Of a DNA stretch of 64,000 nt, positions 20,700 to 31,978 are shown in pieces (within the stretch, counting starts at the first letter, position 1; each line of letters begins with the position of its first letter). Under the pieces are notes generated by a model that saw nothing but the letters and a program-made list of their open reading frames with translations, had not been told where the DNA came from and made no database searches. Location: NCBI GenBank assembly GCA_963815195.1, contig CAWFGE010000012.1:192001-256000 (forward strand). Direction: 5' to 3'. The DNA is from an uncultured Planctomycetaceae bacterium (GTDB lineage: Bacteria; Planctomycetota; Planctomycetia; Planctomycetales; Planctomycetaceae). The translations under genes were made by a program, and so were the position numbers.

Positions 20700-23148
20700 T
20701 CACTCCACCGATTCCGCGGCGAGGCGTTCGTAGGTTTTGATGGCTCTTTGATACGCCTGATGCGCGGCTTCGCGTTCGGGCGGGGCGATTTTCGTGTGGC
20801 GGTTTTTCCAGAGGAGTTTGATCGTCTCCGCGCACCAGCAGGCGCTGTTTTTGGAAACGCGGATCGGTTTGTCCGCCACGATCACGTTGACCGGGTTGGT
20901 GTGCAGCTCGGGGAATTGGCGGAGGGCGATCCAGGTGCTTTGGTCCACGTCGATTTGGAATTTTAGGTCGTGGAGTTTGCCGTCGGCGGGGACGGTTTGT
21001 TTCGCCACGACTTTTCCGCCCGCGACGATTTCCACCAGCCGCGGGCCGCCTTGGACCATCTCCGTGGAGCGCGGGGCGTGGAGTTCTCGCGTGTCGCCCA
21101 CGTCCCGCCGGCCGGTTGCGGGCATGAGTTGGCCGTACGCGACCGCTTTGGGAACTTCCGGGGCGAAGGCGACTTTGGCTTTGATCGTGACTTGCCCCGG
21201 TGCTTTCAGGCGAACATCCTCGCGGCCCGGTGTTTGGCCGCCCACTTCAAATTCCACCGCGTGGGCATAGCCGTCGGAAACATAAGACCGGCCCTTGCCC
21301 AAGCCTTCGCACCAGGCATGGAAGTCCACGTGATCGACTTGCCCCAAGAGCACATACACCCGCCCCTGTCCGACCCGTCGGCTGCTCATGCAGGGGAAAT
21401 CCGTTTCGCCGCTGAGCTTCAAAGGGAAGCCGCAGTTCATCAGGTGATACCACGTGTTCCACTCGCCGATGCGCTCGGTGTCCATCGCGGAGACAAAATC
21501 GCACACGCCCTCGGCCGTGCTCACGCAAATCTCCATCGCCCCGCCGCCGTTCATCTCGGGGACCGCCAGGTTCGGCAATTGATCGGCCGCGCGGTCGAGG
21601 CTCAACGTCAACTCGCGTTCGGTGAGAAACCGGTCGCCGTCGGCGTCAATCTTTATAAACGGTTCCGGCATCAAACCCGCGGCGGCTTCGACCTGGTTAA
21701 GTTTCCCGTCTTTATCTTCATCAAGCGAGATCAACAACCGCTTGGCGGCGGCGGGCGGGTTGACCTGCATCGCCGAGTGCGGATAGCCGGTGACGCCGCC
21801 TTGCTGTTTGCACCAGCGGAGCACGGGCACCGTCCACGTCGGCCAGCCCTCGGTCTTCGTACCTTTCGATCCCGGGTAGGTCTGGTCCTTGAGATTGAGC
21901 AAACACACATGCCCCATCGCCGCGGAGCCGAACCCGCTGATTTCCAGATCGTACTTTAAGAGCGTGAAGGGCTCGCTGATGTCGGCCGCCTGCGGGGAAA
22001 AGTATTGCCGCTGAAATTCAAAGCAAGGCCCCCACGTCAAGACGCAGCCCACGTTGAGGCCTTCGCCTTTGACCTGGGCGAACATGTCCCGCGGCGTCAC
22101 GCCTTGGGTGGGGCTTTCGTAATGGGCGCAGCCGGCTCCGTGGATGTGATGATCGCCGCCATAAAACCCGAACGCCTCCGGATCGATCCAGCGTTCAAGC
22201 TTGACGTTGATAGTTGCCGGCCCTTTCGCGGGAACTAGGACCTCGTGCTGTTTTGACTTTGTATTCCGGCCCGCGGCAGGATTCCAACGTAAACTTCCCC
22301 GGCGGCAAGAGCACCGTCTGGCCGTCGTGCCGATAGATTTGCGGCTGGAAGAAAAAGTCGGGAGCCAGGCGCTTGGCCTGCGGCGGATAGACCCGGCCCT
22401 TTGCATCGCGAAAGATCAAGCGGGCCGCGGTGGGCCGGCCATTGTCATCGCGAATGTTCATCCGCACGGGAACGGCGGGGCGAACCTCGAACAGCACCGG
22501 CACCTCGCCTCGAAAACCGAGGTCCTGCGTCCCGGCCCCGACATCGAAGCCGATCGTCGCCTCGCGCTTGCCGGCTTCGCTGCTGTAGATCAGGGCGATC
22601 GCGTATTCCACTTCCAAGCCGCTGAGGTTCCGCGTCATCGGCGGCGACCCGAACATCTCGACATCCAAGAACCGATCGGCCTCGCCCTGGGTGTTTTCGT
22701 TTTCCTTGAGTTCCGTCTGCGCCTGGCGGGTGAGACTGTTCAGGCTCGCGCCGGAATACACCGCCCCGGACTGGGGGCTGGTGATCTTCAGCTTGCGCGT
22801 GACGGTGCTATGATTGTGCACCTTGACCAACACCGGCGTGTAACCCCCCTGCTGCAAGACCGCATTCGCCGGTCCGCGCCCGACCTTCACCCGCACTTCC
22901 GGGTTGAGGGCAACGGCAAACAACACGTGCGGATCCAACTGTTCCTGAAGCCGCTTCGCATCCCGCTTCTTCGCCGCGTCCAAAACCGCCCGCGAAGTTT
23001 TCTCTGGCAATGGCGCTCCCAAAAACTCGAGCGCCTCGACCACCCGCTTCGCATTCGCCCCCAGCGGCTGGCCTTCGACAGCCTCGATCGGCAACGAAGA
23101 TTCCGCCGCCGCGGTGCCCGCGCTGAGCAAGACAATCCACAAGCCCAT
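20700..23148 (-). CDS. CehA/McbA-family (PHP-like) metallohydrolase with EF-hand pair; frameshift at ~22252
   Basis: GDHHIHGAGC, GHVCLL, GYPHS and SGETDFPC motifs; DEDKDGKLNQVE and DADGDRFLTERE EF-hand-like loops; frames join at an A4 run (EYKVK-QHEVLV). Confidence 0.8.
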
Positions 23149-23302
23149 CGGTTGCCATTTGATTAATCATAAACCTGGCATTATTGTTCCCCATCGTGAA
23201 TTGCAGAAGTTTTTTGGAACAGTCATCTTCGCGATCATCCGCTTGATTCGGCCGTCTGAAAATCTGAAACTTAAATTTGCATCGTTTCCTATCGAGAAAA
23301 AA

Positions 23303-23532
23303 AGGACCGAAGGTCGCAGCAGCATGTCAGCCCTGGGAATTGGATTGACGAATGAACCCGAAGCCCCAACGGGGCGGCTCTACTTTAGCACCTGTGTGGA
23401 GAATACGATGTGCATAAGGTGCTCCACCTTCGCGTCTTGAATTTAGGACCGCCCCGTCGGGGCTTTTTCAACGAATTGGTTTCGCTTCCCAGGGCTGCAC
23501 CCTGGGCTGGCATATGCACGGGCCTTTGGCCC
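23303..23532. repeat. ~230-bp nested palindromic REP-like element, copy A
   Basis: aggaccgaaggtc...agccctggg...aagccccaacggggcgg and the inverted ccgccccgtcggggctt...cccagggct...ggcctttggccc; same layout at 56506-56737. Confidence 0.75.
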
Positions 23533-23591
23533 GTGACCATGGCATCACACAACGCGCATGCCGTTTTTTCGTTGCTCCATGACTTAATCCG

Positions 23592-25130
23592 TCACTTTTT
23601 CAACAGGTACTTGATATAGAACTCGTTCTGAAAGATTTCTTCGGGATCGTATTTGCGCTTGAGCTTCAAAAACTCTTTCGCCTGCGGATAGGCGCGATCG
23701 AACTGCTCCACGGTCGCGTGCAGACGGTAGGGCAAATAGTACCGGCCGCCCGCCCTGAGCGCGGCTTCGATGAGATCCTCCGTCATCTCCTGCATCGCGG
23801 TGTCGCCGGCGTTGGTTCGCGGTTGATTGAACAACATTACAAACGCGAACATCGGCTGATCGGCGTAGCGCAAAAACGTGTCCTGGTCCTCAGCCACAAA
23901 CCGCACGGTCACGTTGAGCAAATCCCCGTTGTGGGCCGGGATGATCCGCTTGAGGTCCTCCACGAACCGCACCACGCCGGTTTTCGGGACGAAGTATTCG
24001 TGCAGAATGTCCGTCGAGTTTTTGGTGCGGTTTTGAAAGGTCTCCACGCCTTCGTTCAAGAGCTGGTTTCGCGAAAAATGTTTTTGACGCAGATGCGGCT
24101 GAAGCCGGGTCTCGGCTTCCCAGCGGAGCCTCTTGCCGTAGTCGCTGCCGACGGACCCGCGGAACAAACTCCGCCGGAGCGCGGCCATGCCTTTTTCGGT
24201 CAGTTCAGGCAGCTTGCCGTCGTCCGGCGGGTCGCGATAGAGCGCGGTGATGATGACTTCGTTCAGAAAATCGCCGGGCACGATGCCCATGCGGGCGTAG
24301 ACCATCGCCACGTCGGTTTTTTCGAAGACCGTGTCTTCAAAGGTGGTCAGGGCTTCCTCGGCGGGAACGAGAAACTGCTCGATGCGGTAACGCTCGTTGG
24401 GCACCACGCGGAGATCCACATCGAGAATCACGCCGAACAGCCCATAGCCGCCTAAGACGAGCGAGAACAGTTCTATATTCTCGGACCGGCTGCAGCGGAC
24501 GATCTCGCCGCCCGCTTTCATCAAACGAAAACTTTCGACGGTCGAAGCGATCGGCGGCATGCCGAACTGCCAGCCGTGGCAGTTCACGCTGATCGAGCCG
24601 CCCACGCTGAAGGAGTTGTTCGATTGCATCACCGCGACGGACAGGCCGTGGGCGTCGAGTTTCCGAATCACATCCGCCCAAATCGCCCCGGCCCCGACCT
24701 TCAGGATCTTTTGCTCCTCGTCCAGTTCCATGCGGTCAAAGGGCAGCATATCGACGGCGATCCCGCCGGGATAAATCGTATGCCCGCCCATGCTATGCCT
24801 GGCGCCCGCGATCGAGATCTTCCGCTTCTCGGCCCGCGCTCGCCTGAGCAATTCGGCGAGCTGCGCCTCGGCCGCTGTTTGGTCCTCTGGGATCTTCCAG
24901 ACTTCCGTGACCTCGGTGCGGTTCATCCGGCTCGCATCATCGACAAACCCCACCGGCAGCGGCTCGAGTTCATTGACATCCTTCGTCGCCGTGGCAATCA
25001 CATGCCAAACCGGCCGCACGGCTAAGAGCGCCAAAATCCCCAAAAGGGCCGCCGCCATCCGGAGAATCCTCCGCCGGTTTTTCCGCGGGGGAGGATCGGG
25101 AGCAGCTTGGGAATCTTGCGACTCGGTCAT
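23592..25130 (-). CDS. FAD-binding oxidoreductase (PCMH/FAD_binding_4, ALO/DprE1-like)
   Basis: GARHSMGG, SVGGSISVNCHG and GGYGLFGVI motifs, C-terminal KRKYDPEEIF; N-terminal TM helix. Confidence 0.85.
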   Translation of the reverse strand: MTESQDSQAAPDPPPRKNRRRILRMAAALLGILALLAVRPVWHVIATATKDVNELEPLPVGFVDDASRMNRTEVTEVWKIPEDQTAAEAQLAELLRRARAEKRKISIAGARHSMGGHTIYPGGIAVDMLPFDRMELDEEQKILKVGAGAIWADVIRKLDAHGLSVAVMQSNNSFSVGGSISVNCHGWQFGMPPIASTVESFRLMKAGGEIVRCSRSENIELFSLVLGGYGLFGVILDVDLRVVPNERYRIEQFLVPAEEALTTFEDTVFEKTDVAMVYARMGIVPGDFLNEVIITALYRDPPDDGKLPELTEKGMAALRRSLFRGSVGSDYGKRLRWEAETRLQPHLRQKHFSRNQLLNEGVETFQNRTKNSTDILHEYFVPKTGVVRFVEDLKRIIPAHNGDLLNVTVRFVAEDQDTFLRYADQPMFAFVMLFNQPRTNAGDTAMQEMTEDLIEAALRAGGRYYLPYRLHATVEQFDRAYPQAKEFLKLKRKYDPEEIFQNEFYIKYLLKK

Positions 25131-25201
25131 TGGAAACGATTCCTCATTTGCCAAACCTTCTCGATCCCGCCAATGACGGCGATTTGGTCATTCGTGCCTG
25201 G

Positions 25202-27877
25202 TCATTGGGATTTCTCCGCAAGAGACTCTCGCTCCCAGACCGCCGGCAGGTCCTTCGATGCGGGGCCGTAGGTTTGGGAGACGACGAAGCCGGAGGCTTG
25301 GGACGCGTAGAAGATGCGGCCGTTGGAGACGACCGCGCCTAAGCATTCGCGGGAGTCGATTGCGGGGCCGGTGGAGACGAGCTTGCCGTCTTGCGAGAGG
25401 TCGATCATGTCCATGTTCGCGCCGAGGACGTAAGGCTCGGACAGCGTGAATCGGCAGCAGGCGTAGTTGTGGCCGATGCTGCTCACGATCTTGCCGGACT
25501 GGCGGTCGAACACGTTGCCTTTGCCGCGGAGGGCGTTGGAGAAGATAAACCGCTCGCCCACCGTAACCACATTGAGGGCGGAGGTGACCGGATCGGACCG
25601 CCAGACGAGCGAGCCGTCTTTGGCGTCCAGGCACCAGACATAGCGGTCGTTGGTGTCTTCGTTGGGCCGGTTGTTGCCGCCAATATAGATCCGCCCGCCC
25701 TTGGCGCTCAAGGTGCATTTGGCGGTGACATAATACTCGGTCGTCAGCCAAACGATCTCGCCGGTTTTAGGATCGAGGCAAGCGGTGACGCCGTTGTTCT
25801 CGACGGGCAAACCCCGACGCCGGCGTACGCTCGCCGCATAGCCGAAGAACGTCGAGTAATACAGCTTCCCATCGAGCAAACAAATCCCGCAGTCATTGCC
25901 GCCGCGGCCGTACTTGGAGAAATCCTTTTCCCACAGCACCTTGCCGGTGTTTAGATCCCAGGCCCAGAGCCGGGGGCGGTTGTCTTTGGGGTAATAGGGG
26001 TTGTCGTTCGAGTAGATCCAGCTCATCACTTCGCGGCCGCCGAAATCCTCGGGCGTGCCGCCGAAGGTCCAAGGTTTCTCGCTGCCTTGCGGAGCGTATT
26101 CGCCGTCGCCGGAGGCATAGATCGCGATGTTCCCTTCCACGACGGGCGGGAACTGCCGGCTCCAGTTGGGCGTGCCCGTGAAAGGCTTTTCCCAAAGCAG
26201 TTTGCCGGTCGCGGCATCCAGGCAGCGCATGCGGGATTTTTTCAGGCCCGCCTGCGGCACGAGTAGTTTGCCATTAATATAAAGGGGCGAGGTGAACGAC
26301 AAATACACATCCGGCCAATACCGCCGCCAGAGAATGCGGCCGGTGTCCTCTTCGCAGGCGATGACCTGGCCTTCCGCCGTATGCGTATAAAGCCGCCCGC
26401 CGCCGCAGACTGGCAAATGCTTGATCGTGCCTTCCAATCTTTTGGCCCAGCGCATTCGGAGCGGCGGCTTCAAACCTTGATCGTTCGCATTGCTGCCTTG
26501 AAAATCGCCGTAGTTGGTGTACCAGTCGTACTTCGCCTTCGCAAACGGCCCGGTGAGTGGACTGCGGATTTTCCAAAGCTCGAGATCCTTCGCCGGCAAT
26601 GCCGCTTTACCGTCTGGACCTAGTATATATAAATGCCCATCTTCGCAGGGGATATAGATCTTTCCATCCTGCACCGCGACCGGAGCCGTAATCGGTGCCG
26701 CAAATGCCGTTGTGAAACGAGTGATCTCCCCGCCATCCAAAGGCACGATATAGAGTTTGCCGTCGAGCCCCCCATAGATCGCATGATCCCGCGTGAGCAC
26801 CGGCGGGCAAATCGCCGCGGCTTCGGAGAGCACCTCTGGCTTGTCGGAGCCTTTCGTATAGCGGCAGAGTCCGTAACCCTGTTCGGGCCGGACGCGGTAC
26901 ACTTCATCGCCGCGAATGCTGACCTGGGAAAAACTCAACAGCCCCGGAAGCCGGATCGACGTTTCCGTGCCTTTCACGTAATCGTATTCGAGCTTCTCGC
27001 CATTCAGGTGCATGACCTCCACTCGGCCTGCATTATCGCGGCGGTGCCATTGGACATAGACGTTGCCCTTGTCATCCGCGGATTGCCCGAACGTCGCGGG
27101 ATATTCGGAGCCGGCATAGTTGGGAATCACGCCGACCGCCCGAAGCTTCGGACCATCGCCTGCATCTTCGAGAAACACCGTGCGGCCGCCGGCGGGCATG
27201 ACCACGGTTTTCCCGACGAGGCATATATCCCGCGAGCAGACGAAATGGTCCCGCCAGGTCACGCGGTCGCCGCGGGCTTTGAGCCAGTCTTCGCCCTTCC
27301 AGCGGTCGCCGTCGAACTTGACGACTTCCTTCACAAAGTCCCAGGTCCAAGCGACTTCACCTTCTGGAGAAACCGCATAAACTCTCGCCCCCAAGGTGGC
27401 AAAATAAACCCGATCGTCCCCCACCGCCGGGGCGGAGAAAATCGGCTCCCGGCAGTCGATCGTCTTTAACACCTTTCCCGTGTCTTTATCGAGCACATAG
27501 TAATAGCCCGCCGTGGTGCCGACGTGGAGATAGTTCCCCACCACCGCAGGGGCTGCGACGTTGTTGCAGTTGCCGGCTCCGCCTTCGGTGGCGAATCTCC
27601 ATAGAACCTTCTGGGTCTCGGCATCGATCGCAAACACGACGCCGGAACCGTCCATCACGAACACTTTGCCGCCGCTAATTACAGGCGACGCATAGAGGCC
27701 GTCCGTCAAGGGAATCACTGCCACTAATCCTAATCGAGAATCTATAACCTCGCCCGGCCTGTTCCCGGACCTTAGCGCATTGCCCTGAAGCTGCCGCCAC
27801 TCCGCGGCGTCCGCCGATCGCAGCAAGACACACATCAAGATGACAGAAAGCAAAACACTATTTCGCGCGCGCGTCAT
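25202..27877 (-). CDS. Secreted PQQ-binding-like beta-propeller repeat protein (tandem propellers)
   Basis: Signal peptide, WRQLQGN and repeated (L/C)DxxTGxxxW motifs. Confidence 0.85.
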   Translation of the reverse strand: MTRARNSVLLSVILMCVLLRSADAAEWRQLQGNALRSGNRPGEVIDSRLGLVAVIPLTDGLYASPVISGGKVFVMDGSGVVFAIDAETQKVLWRFATEGGAGNCNNVAAPAVVGNYLHVGTTAGYYYVLDKDTGKVLKTIDCREPIFSAPAVGDDRVYFATLGARVYAVSPEGEVAWTWDFVKEVVKFDGDRWKGEDWLKARGDRVTWRDHFVCSRDICLVGKTVVMPAGGRTVFLEDAGDGPKLRAVGVIPNYAGSEYPATFGQSADDKGNVYVQWHRRDNAGRVEVMHLNGEKLEYDYVKGTETSIRLPGLLSFSQVSIRGDEVYRVRPEQGYGLCRYTKGSDKPEVLSEAAAICPPVLTRDHAIYGGLDGKLYIVPLDGGEITRFTTAFAAPITAPVAVQDGKIYIPCEDGHLYILGPDGKAALPAKDLELWKIRSPLTGPFAKAKYDWYTNYGDFQGSNANDQGLKPPLRMRWAKRLEGTIKHLPVCGGGRLYTHTAEGQVIACEEDTGRILWRRYWPDVYLSFTSPLYINGKLLVPQAGLKKSRMRCLDAATGKLLWEKPFTGTPNWSRQFPPVVEGNIAIYASGDGEYAPQGSEKPWTFGGTPEDFGGREVMSWIYSNDNPYYPKDNRPRLWAWDLNTGKVLWEKDFSKYGRGGNDCGICLLDGKLYYSTFFGYAASVRRRRGLPVENNGVTACLDPKTGEIVWLTTEYYVTAKCTLSAKGGRIYIGGNNRPNEDTNDRYVWCLDAKDGSLVWRSDPVTSALNVVTVGERFIFSNALRGKGNVFDRQSGKIVSSIGHNYACCRFTLSEPYVLGANMDMIDLSQDGKLVSTGPAIDSRECLGAVVSNGRIFYASQASGFVVSQTYGPASKDLPAVWERESLAEKSQ

Positions 27878-27933
27878 GATTCACCTCAATGTTGTTGATA
27901 GATCCCTTTTCGTGTGTTTCGTGGTCCGCGGCT

Positions 27934-29355
27934 TTACTTTTTCAATTGCTGCATGAGGCCTAAGATCGCCTGGGTGATTTTTTGCGAGGCGTCTTTTTCC
28001 ACGCGATTGGTGCCCATCCAGGTTTCGTAGCCGCCGAGCTCGTGTTGCCGGGGCGTGGGCAGGTAGCCGTGCGAACTGTTGGCGAGTTCGATCGTAAACG
28101 CATCCGCGAACGGGGCTTCGTCTTTGATCTCAAGCCCCGTTTCGGTAAACACCTCAAACGGAATCGCCGCGATCGCCAAATCGCCGATCCGCAGGACCTG
28201 CAAGGGCACATCGATCTCGGCCGGGCCGTCGTCGAGCGCCTGCACGCGCTCGGCATAAATCTTCTCATAGCGGTGAAACGTCGGAGCATCGTCCGGCTTG
28301 GCCGTGACTTCTTTCAAGTACTTCCGCATCTCGGCATCGGGTTTTCGCACCTTGAGCGTAAGCTCCCGCCGGGCGGAACCTAGCTTGACCCAATCGCGAT
28401 AGGCGATTTTCCCCTCGGCTTCTTTCACCCGCTGGGCGACCTTCTCGGCGACTTCTTGCATCTTCTCGTAAGGCTCGTACCGCTTGCCGTTTTTCTCGCG
28501 GAAGTTGATGTTGTTGACATCGCCGCTGGTCCCGTTGGTGAGGATGCCCACGAATGAAGGCTCGGACTTCTCGGCATTCAAGAGTTCGCCGATGCGGTTC
28601 GCGAAGATCGCAAAATAGTCGGCCGACACCTCCCCGCCTTTGACGCCGCCCACGTAGTGCAGCGAATAGCTGGCTAGCAGCGCCATCGGCCGCCCGGCTT
28701 TCGATCGCACGCTGAGAAAAGAAATCTCCGGATCGGTCGGCCCCGCGGGTTTGACTAAAGTGGCATTGCCCCGCGGCGGGTTCATGCGGACTTTGTCCAT
28801 CTTGCCGAACGGGTTTTTGAGGAGTTCCGGATCGGTCACGTACCAGCGACGGTTGAAAAGCTCCGAAGGCTCATCCACGCCGCCCCAACCGATCTTCGCG
28901 GGCTCGAGATTCTTAAGCGCCTGCTTCAAAGCCTGGACGATGCCCCGCACTACGATCGGCCGATACTTGGGCAGCCGGGCGCGGGTCGCCGAGTGCGAAT
29001 GCGTCGCGGCCATCAGGATATTCTCGGCGGGAAAGCTGGTTTCCTTGGCGATCTGTTCGCGGGCCTCGTCGTAAACCTCCCGCACGATGCCCACGTTGTC
29101 GCAGATGACGAAGGCGATCCGCGCCTCGCCGTTGTCGAGCACCAGACAGCGGGCGTGCAGCTTGTCGTGAATCGTCTTCGCGGGCGGCGACGTAAAATTG
29201 CCCACGATCAATTCCCCCAAAGGCGGCGTAATGTCGGCGATTGCCGCCCCGGCCTTGAGCCCGCGCTCCGCTTGTTTCTCCGCCGCTCGCGCCTCGCTGA
29301 AGAGGGCCGCCGCCGTCAATCCCCACACCATTCCCAAAACCAAAACTCGCCGCAT
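27934..29355 (-). CDS. Neutral/alkaline ceramidase-like hydrolase
   Basis: AGAAIADITP, HDKLHARCLVL, ATHSHS, GDVN and GYLPT...GGYE motifs. Confidence 0.85.
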   Translation of the reverse strand: MRRVLVLGMVWGLTAAALFSEARAAEKQAERGLKAGAAIADITPPLGELIVGNFTSPPAKTIHDKLHARCLVLDNGEARIAFVICDNVGIVREVYDEAREQIAKETSFPAENILMAATHSHSATRARLPKYRPIVVRGIVQALKQALKNLEPAKIGWGGVDEPSELFNRRWYVTDPELLKNPFGKMDKVRMNPPRGNATLVKPAGPTDPEISFLSVRSKAGRPMALLASYSLHYVGGVKGGEVSADYFAIFANRIGELLNAEKSEPSFVGILTNGTSGDVNNINFREKNGKRYEPYEKMQEVAEKVAQRVKEAEGKIAYRDWVKLGSARRELTLKVRKPDAEMRKYLKEVTAKPDDAPTFHRYEKIYAERVQALDDGPAEIDVPLQVLRIGDLAIAAIPFEVFTETGLEIKDEAPFADAFTIELANSSHGYLPTPRQHELGGYETWMGTNRVEKDASQKITQAILGLMQQLKK

Positions 29356-29503
29356 GGCTGTTCTCCCAATGGTCGCGCAACACGGTCACCGCCACAAACA
29401 TCGATGACTGCCCATGTGTTATCATCGTACCGGGATCTCGTGGAATTTGCCAAGCACGTCACGCGTCGGCGGGATCGGACGACAAACGGGCTGTTTCGCG
29501 GAG

Positions 29504-31390
29504 TTATTGGCGGAGCAGCTTGCGAACGCGTTCCGCCTTCTCGAGCGTTCGTTCGGCTGCCTGGTGATTTCCGGCTTTGGCCTGGGCTTCGGCAAGCAGG
29601 CGGTAGACCTCGAATTGGTCGGGCTTTAATGCGAGAGCTTTCTCAAACACCGCCGCGGCTCCGTCGGCATCCTGTTCGTCAAGCCGGCAAACGCCGAGCA
29701 TTTGCCAATCCACGGCTCTCAGGCGGATCGCCGTGAGCTGCTCGAAGGCGCGTTTTGCTTTAGAGAGTTTGCCGTTCCGCAGATTCATGTCGCCCACAAT
29801 AATCAACGCATTGACCTTGCTGTCCGGTTCGCAATCGGGAGCTTGGAGTGCGTGTTCCGCGAATTTCAGAGCGCTCGGATCGTCTTCGTTCCATAACAAA
29901 TACGCCAGGCCCGCGGTGACGGCCGGATCTTGAAGCCCGCCTTCATAAGCCTGATTTAAGTGAAGGAATGCTTGCTTTAGCAGTTGGTCTCGTTCCTCGC
30001 CGGTCTGCTTTTCCCCGAAATGGAGCGAAGCCAAACCCAGGCAACGCTCGCGGTCCAATATTGGAAGATGGGAAACGTCCTCCACAGGAACGAGCCTCGC
30101 CGAGGCGGTCCGTTTCTGATAGCTCGTGACATGATCTCGTCCGATGCGATGATGCGTAAACGCGAAATGCGGGATGTTCGTGTCGGATTTCGGCATATGG
30201 CAGGCGGTGCAATCGTTCGCCGGGTTTTGCGCGAGCCGTTTTGGTTCCGGAATTCGGCAGCCCTTGCCCGGTTCCGCATGGCAGGAGAGACACTTTTGGC
30301 GATAGTAGCCGACTTTCGCGGCCGGTTCGGGAGGATCATGCGGATGATGGCAGGTCGTGCAGGTCAACGTCTCGGATTGGCGATAACAGGCGCTTTGGCG
30401 CATTTGCTCAAAGTGCCCCACAACGGTCATCGACTGCGAACTCTGCTCGGTTGTGTAATCGATGCGGTAATCCGTCAGCGGCAGACCGGGGCGGAAATCG
30501 CTCAAGTGCCGGCCGCGCACGCTCGCCGAGCCCGCCGCCGACAGATGGCAACGGGCGCAAATTGCTTCGTTTAACTTTCGGGGTAACTTGCCGGGATGGA
30601 TGATCGTCAAATCCCGCTCGCCTTGAATTACGGCTCCACCGCTTCGAACATCGGCGTGGAGCGAACCGGGGCCGTGGCAACTCTCGCAGCCGATTTGCAT
30701 CTCGTGAAACCGCAAACGGTGGGTGCTTCCTCCTTCGGCGTCCACTCGGCCCGCGTGGCATCGCACGCAGCCTTCGTGCGCTTGCCGGAGAAACCCTTCA
30801 TGCATCGGGAAATCGTAGCCGGGCGAAACCGCCCAGCGCTTTGTGGATGCGTACCATGTGATGGGAGATTCCAAGAGATAGCCGTCGATGTCAATCAAAT
30901 AGCTCCGCGAGTGATGCCCCGAACCGATGCGATAGGCCACGGGATAATCGCCCAGAACCAGTTCGTCCTTCGAGCCGCCCTTGATCACTTCCCGGTGACG
31001 AACTTCGCCCGCCTTGCGGTACACCTGATACGACCGCCCGGACGGTTTGTGATCGAACTCTCCGTCGGGTGGCTCCTCTTGCAGCGGAGCTCTTTCCAAA
31101 GCATGGTAATGCGACGTCGCCTGGAACGCCCGATACTGCTCCTGATGACAGTCGCGGCAAGCCTGGCTGCCAAGGTAGTCAGCGGCGGACTTCGTATTGA
31201 GATACGGCGAAACCGCCAGTTTGGGAAGCGGCGGAGCCGAGGGACGGCTCTTGTGAAGCGCCGCGTCGCTGAATGTGTGGGGGGACTCGGTCGTGCGACT
31301 GGAAACCCACAGCCACGCGCCGCCGCCCAATGCCAAGAGGAGCGAACCGAAAACCAATCGGCGTTTCGGATCATTCATGGGAGAACTCAT
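29504..31390 (-). CDS. Multiheme cytochrome c (7 CxxCH) with C-terminal TPR repeats
   Basis: CRDCH, CVRCH, CESCHGPG, CARCH, CTTCH, CLSCH and CTACHMP motifs; N-terminal TM helix; helical TPR tail. Confidence 0.88.
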   Translation of the reverse strand: MSSPMNDPKRRLVFGSLLLALGGGAWLWVSSRTTESPHTFSDAALHKSRPSAPPLPKLAVSPYLNTKSAADYLGSQACRDCHQEQYRAFQATSHYHALERAPLQEEPPDGEFDHKPSGRSYQVYRKAGEVRHREVIKGGSKDELVLGDYPVAYRIGSGHHSRSYLIDIDGYLLESPITWYASTKRWAVSPGYDFPMHEGFLRQAHEGCVRCHAGRVDAEGGSTHRLRFHEMQIGCESCHGPGSLHADVRSGGAVIQGERDLTIIHPGKLPRKLNEAICARCHLSAAGSASVRGRHLSDFRPGLPLTDYRIDYTTEQSSQSMTVVGHFEQMRQSACYRQSETLTCTTCHHPHDPPEPAAKVGYYRQKCLSCHAEPGKGCRIPEPKRLAQNPANDCTACHMPKSDTNIPHFAFTHHRIGRDHVTSYQKRTASARLVPVEDVSHLPILDRERCLGLASLHFGEKQTGEERDQLLKQAFLHLNQAYEGGLQDPAVTAGLAYLLWNEDDPSALKFAEHALQAPDCEPDSKVNALIIVGDMNLRNGKLSKAKRAFEQLTAIRLRAVDWQMLGVCRLDEQDADGAAAVFEKALALKPDQFEVYRLLAEAQAKAGNHQAAERTLEKAERVRKLLRQ

Positions 31391-31483
31391 GGCGGTTTCG
31401 GTGCGGCCGATTTATGCAATCTGCCGCCAGTTCCGAGGCCTAAGCCTGAAACTCGCGGCAGAGAATGCGGTGAGGTCAACCCG

Positions 31484-31942
31484 TCAAAGTTTGAAGTCGG
31501 CTTTGTCGGTGCCGCCTGCGGGAACGTTGAAGCTCAGCTTCGTCTGTAAGGGATCGCTGAACTCCGGCGGAAGCAAGGGTTTATCTTTTTTGAAATTTGG
31601 ATCGCCTCCTTGGCCCTCCTGCATGGCCCGGATTTGCTCTTCATCCATGCCCTCCATAGTCAAGTCAATTCCCCCCGAGCTTTTGTTGACCTCGGTCTTT
31701 TTGATATAGACTTTGCAGTCGCCGACCGGGGCCCCTCGGACGAGGGAATAATGACCTTGGGCATCCGTGCGACCATAACCCTCAACATTCCCCGAGACGA
31801 AGTAGACATCCGCATCGGCCAAGGGTTTACCCTTTAATGTGATCACTCCGGAAACATCGGCCATATCGACGGAATCTCCGCCGCCGCAGCCGCTGAATCC
31901 GCAGAGGGCCACAACAAAGAGATAAAGACAAAATCTTCGCAT
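31484..31942 (-). CDS. Carboxypeptidase-regulatory-like domain lipoprotein (typical DUF1559 partner)
   Basis: Lipobox FSGC, VSGVITLKGKPL, GRTDAQGHYSL and GAPVG. Confidence 0.85.
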   Translation of the reverse strand: MRRFCLYLFVVALCGFSGCGGGDSVDMADVSGVITLKGKPLADADVYFVSGNVEGYGRTDAQGHYSLVRGAPVGDCKVYIKKTEVNKSSGGIDLTMEGMDEEQIRAMQEGQGGDPNFKKDKPLLPPEFSDPLQTKLSFNVPAGGTDKADFKL

Positions 31943-31978
31943 AGTGGTCTGTCACCTCGAATAAATATTAGCCTTCCA

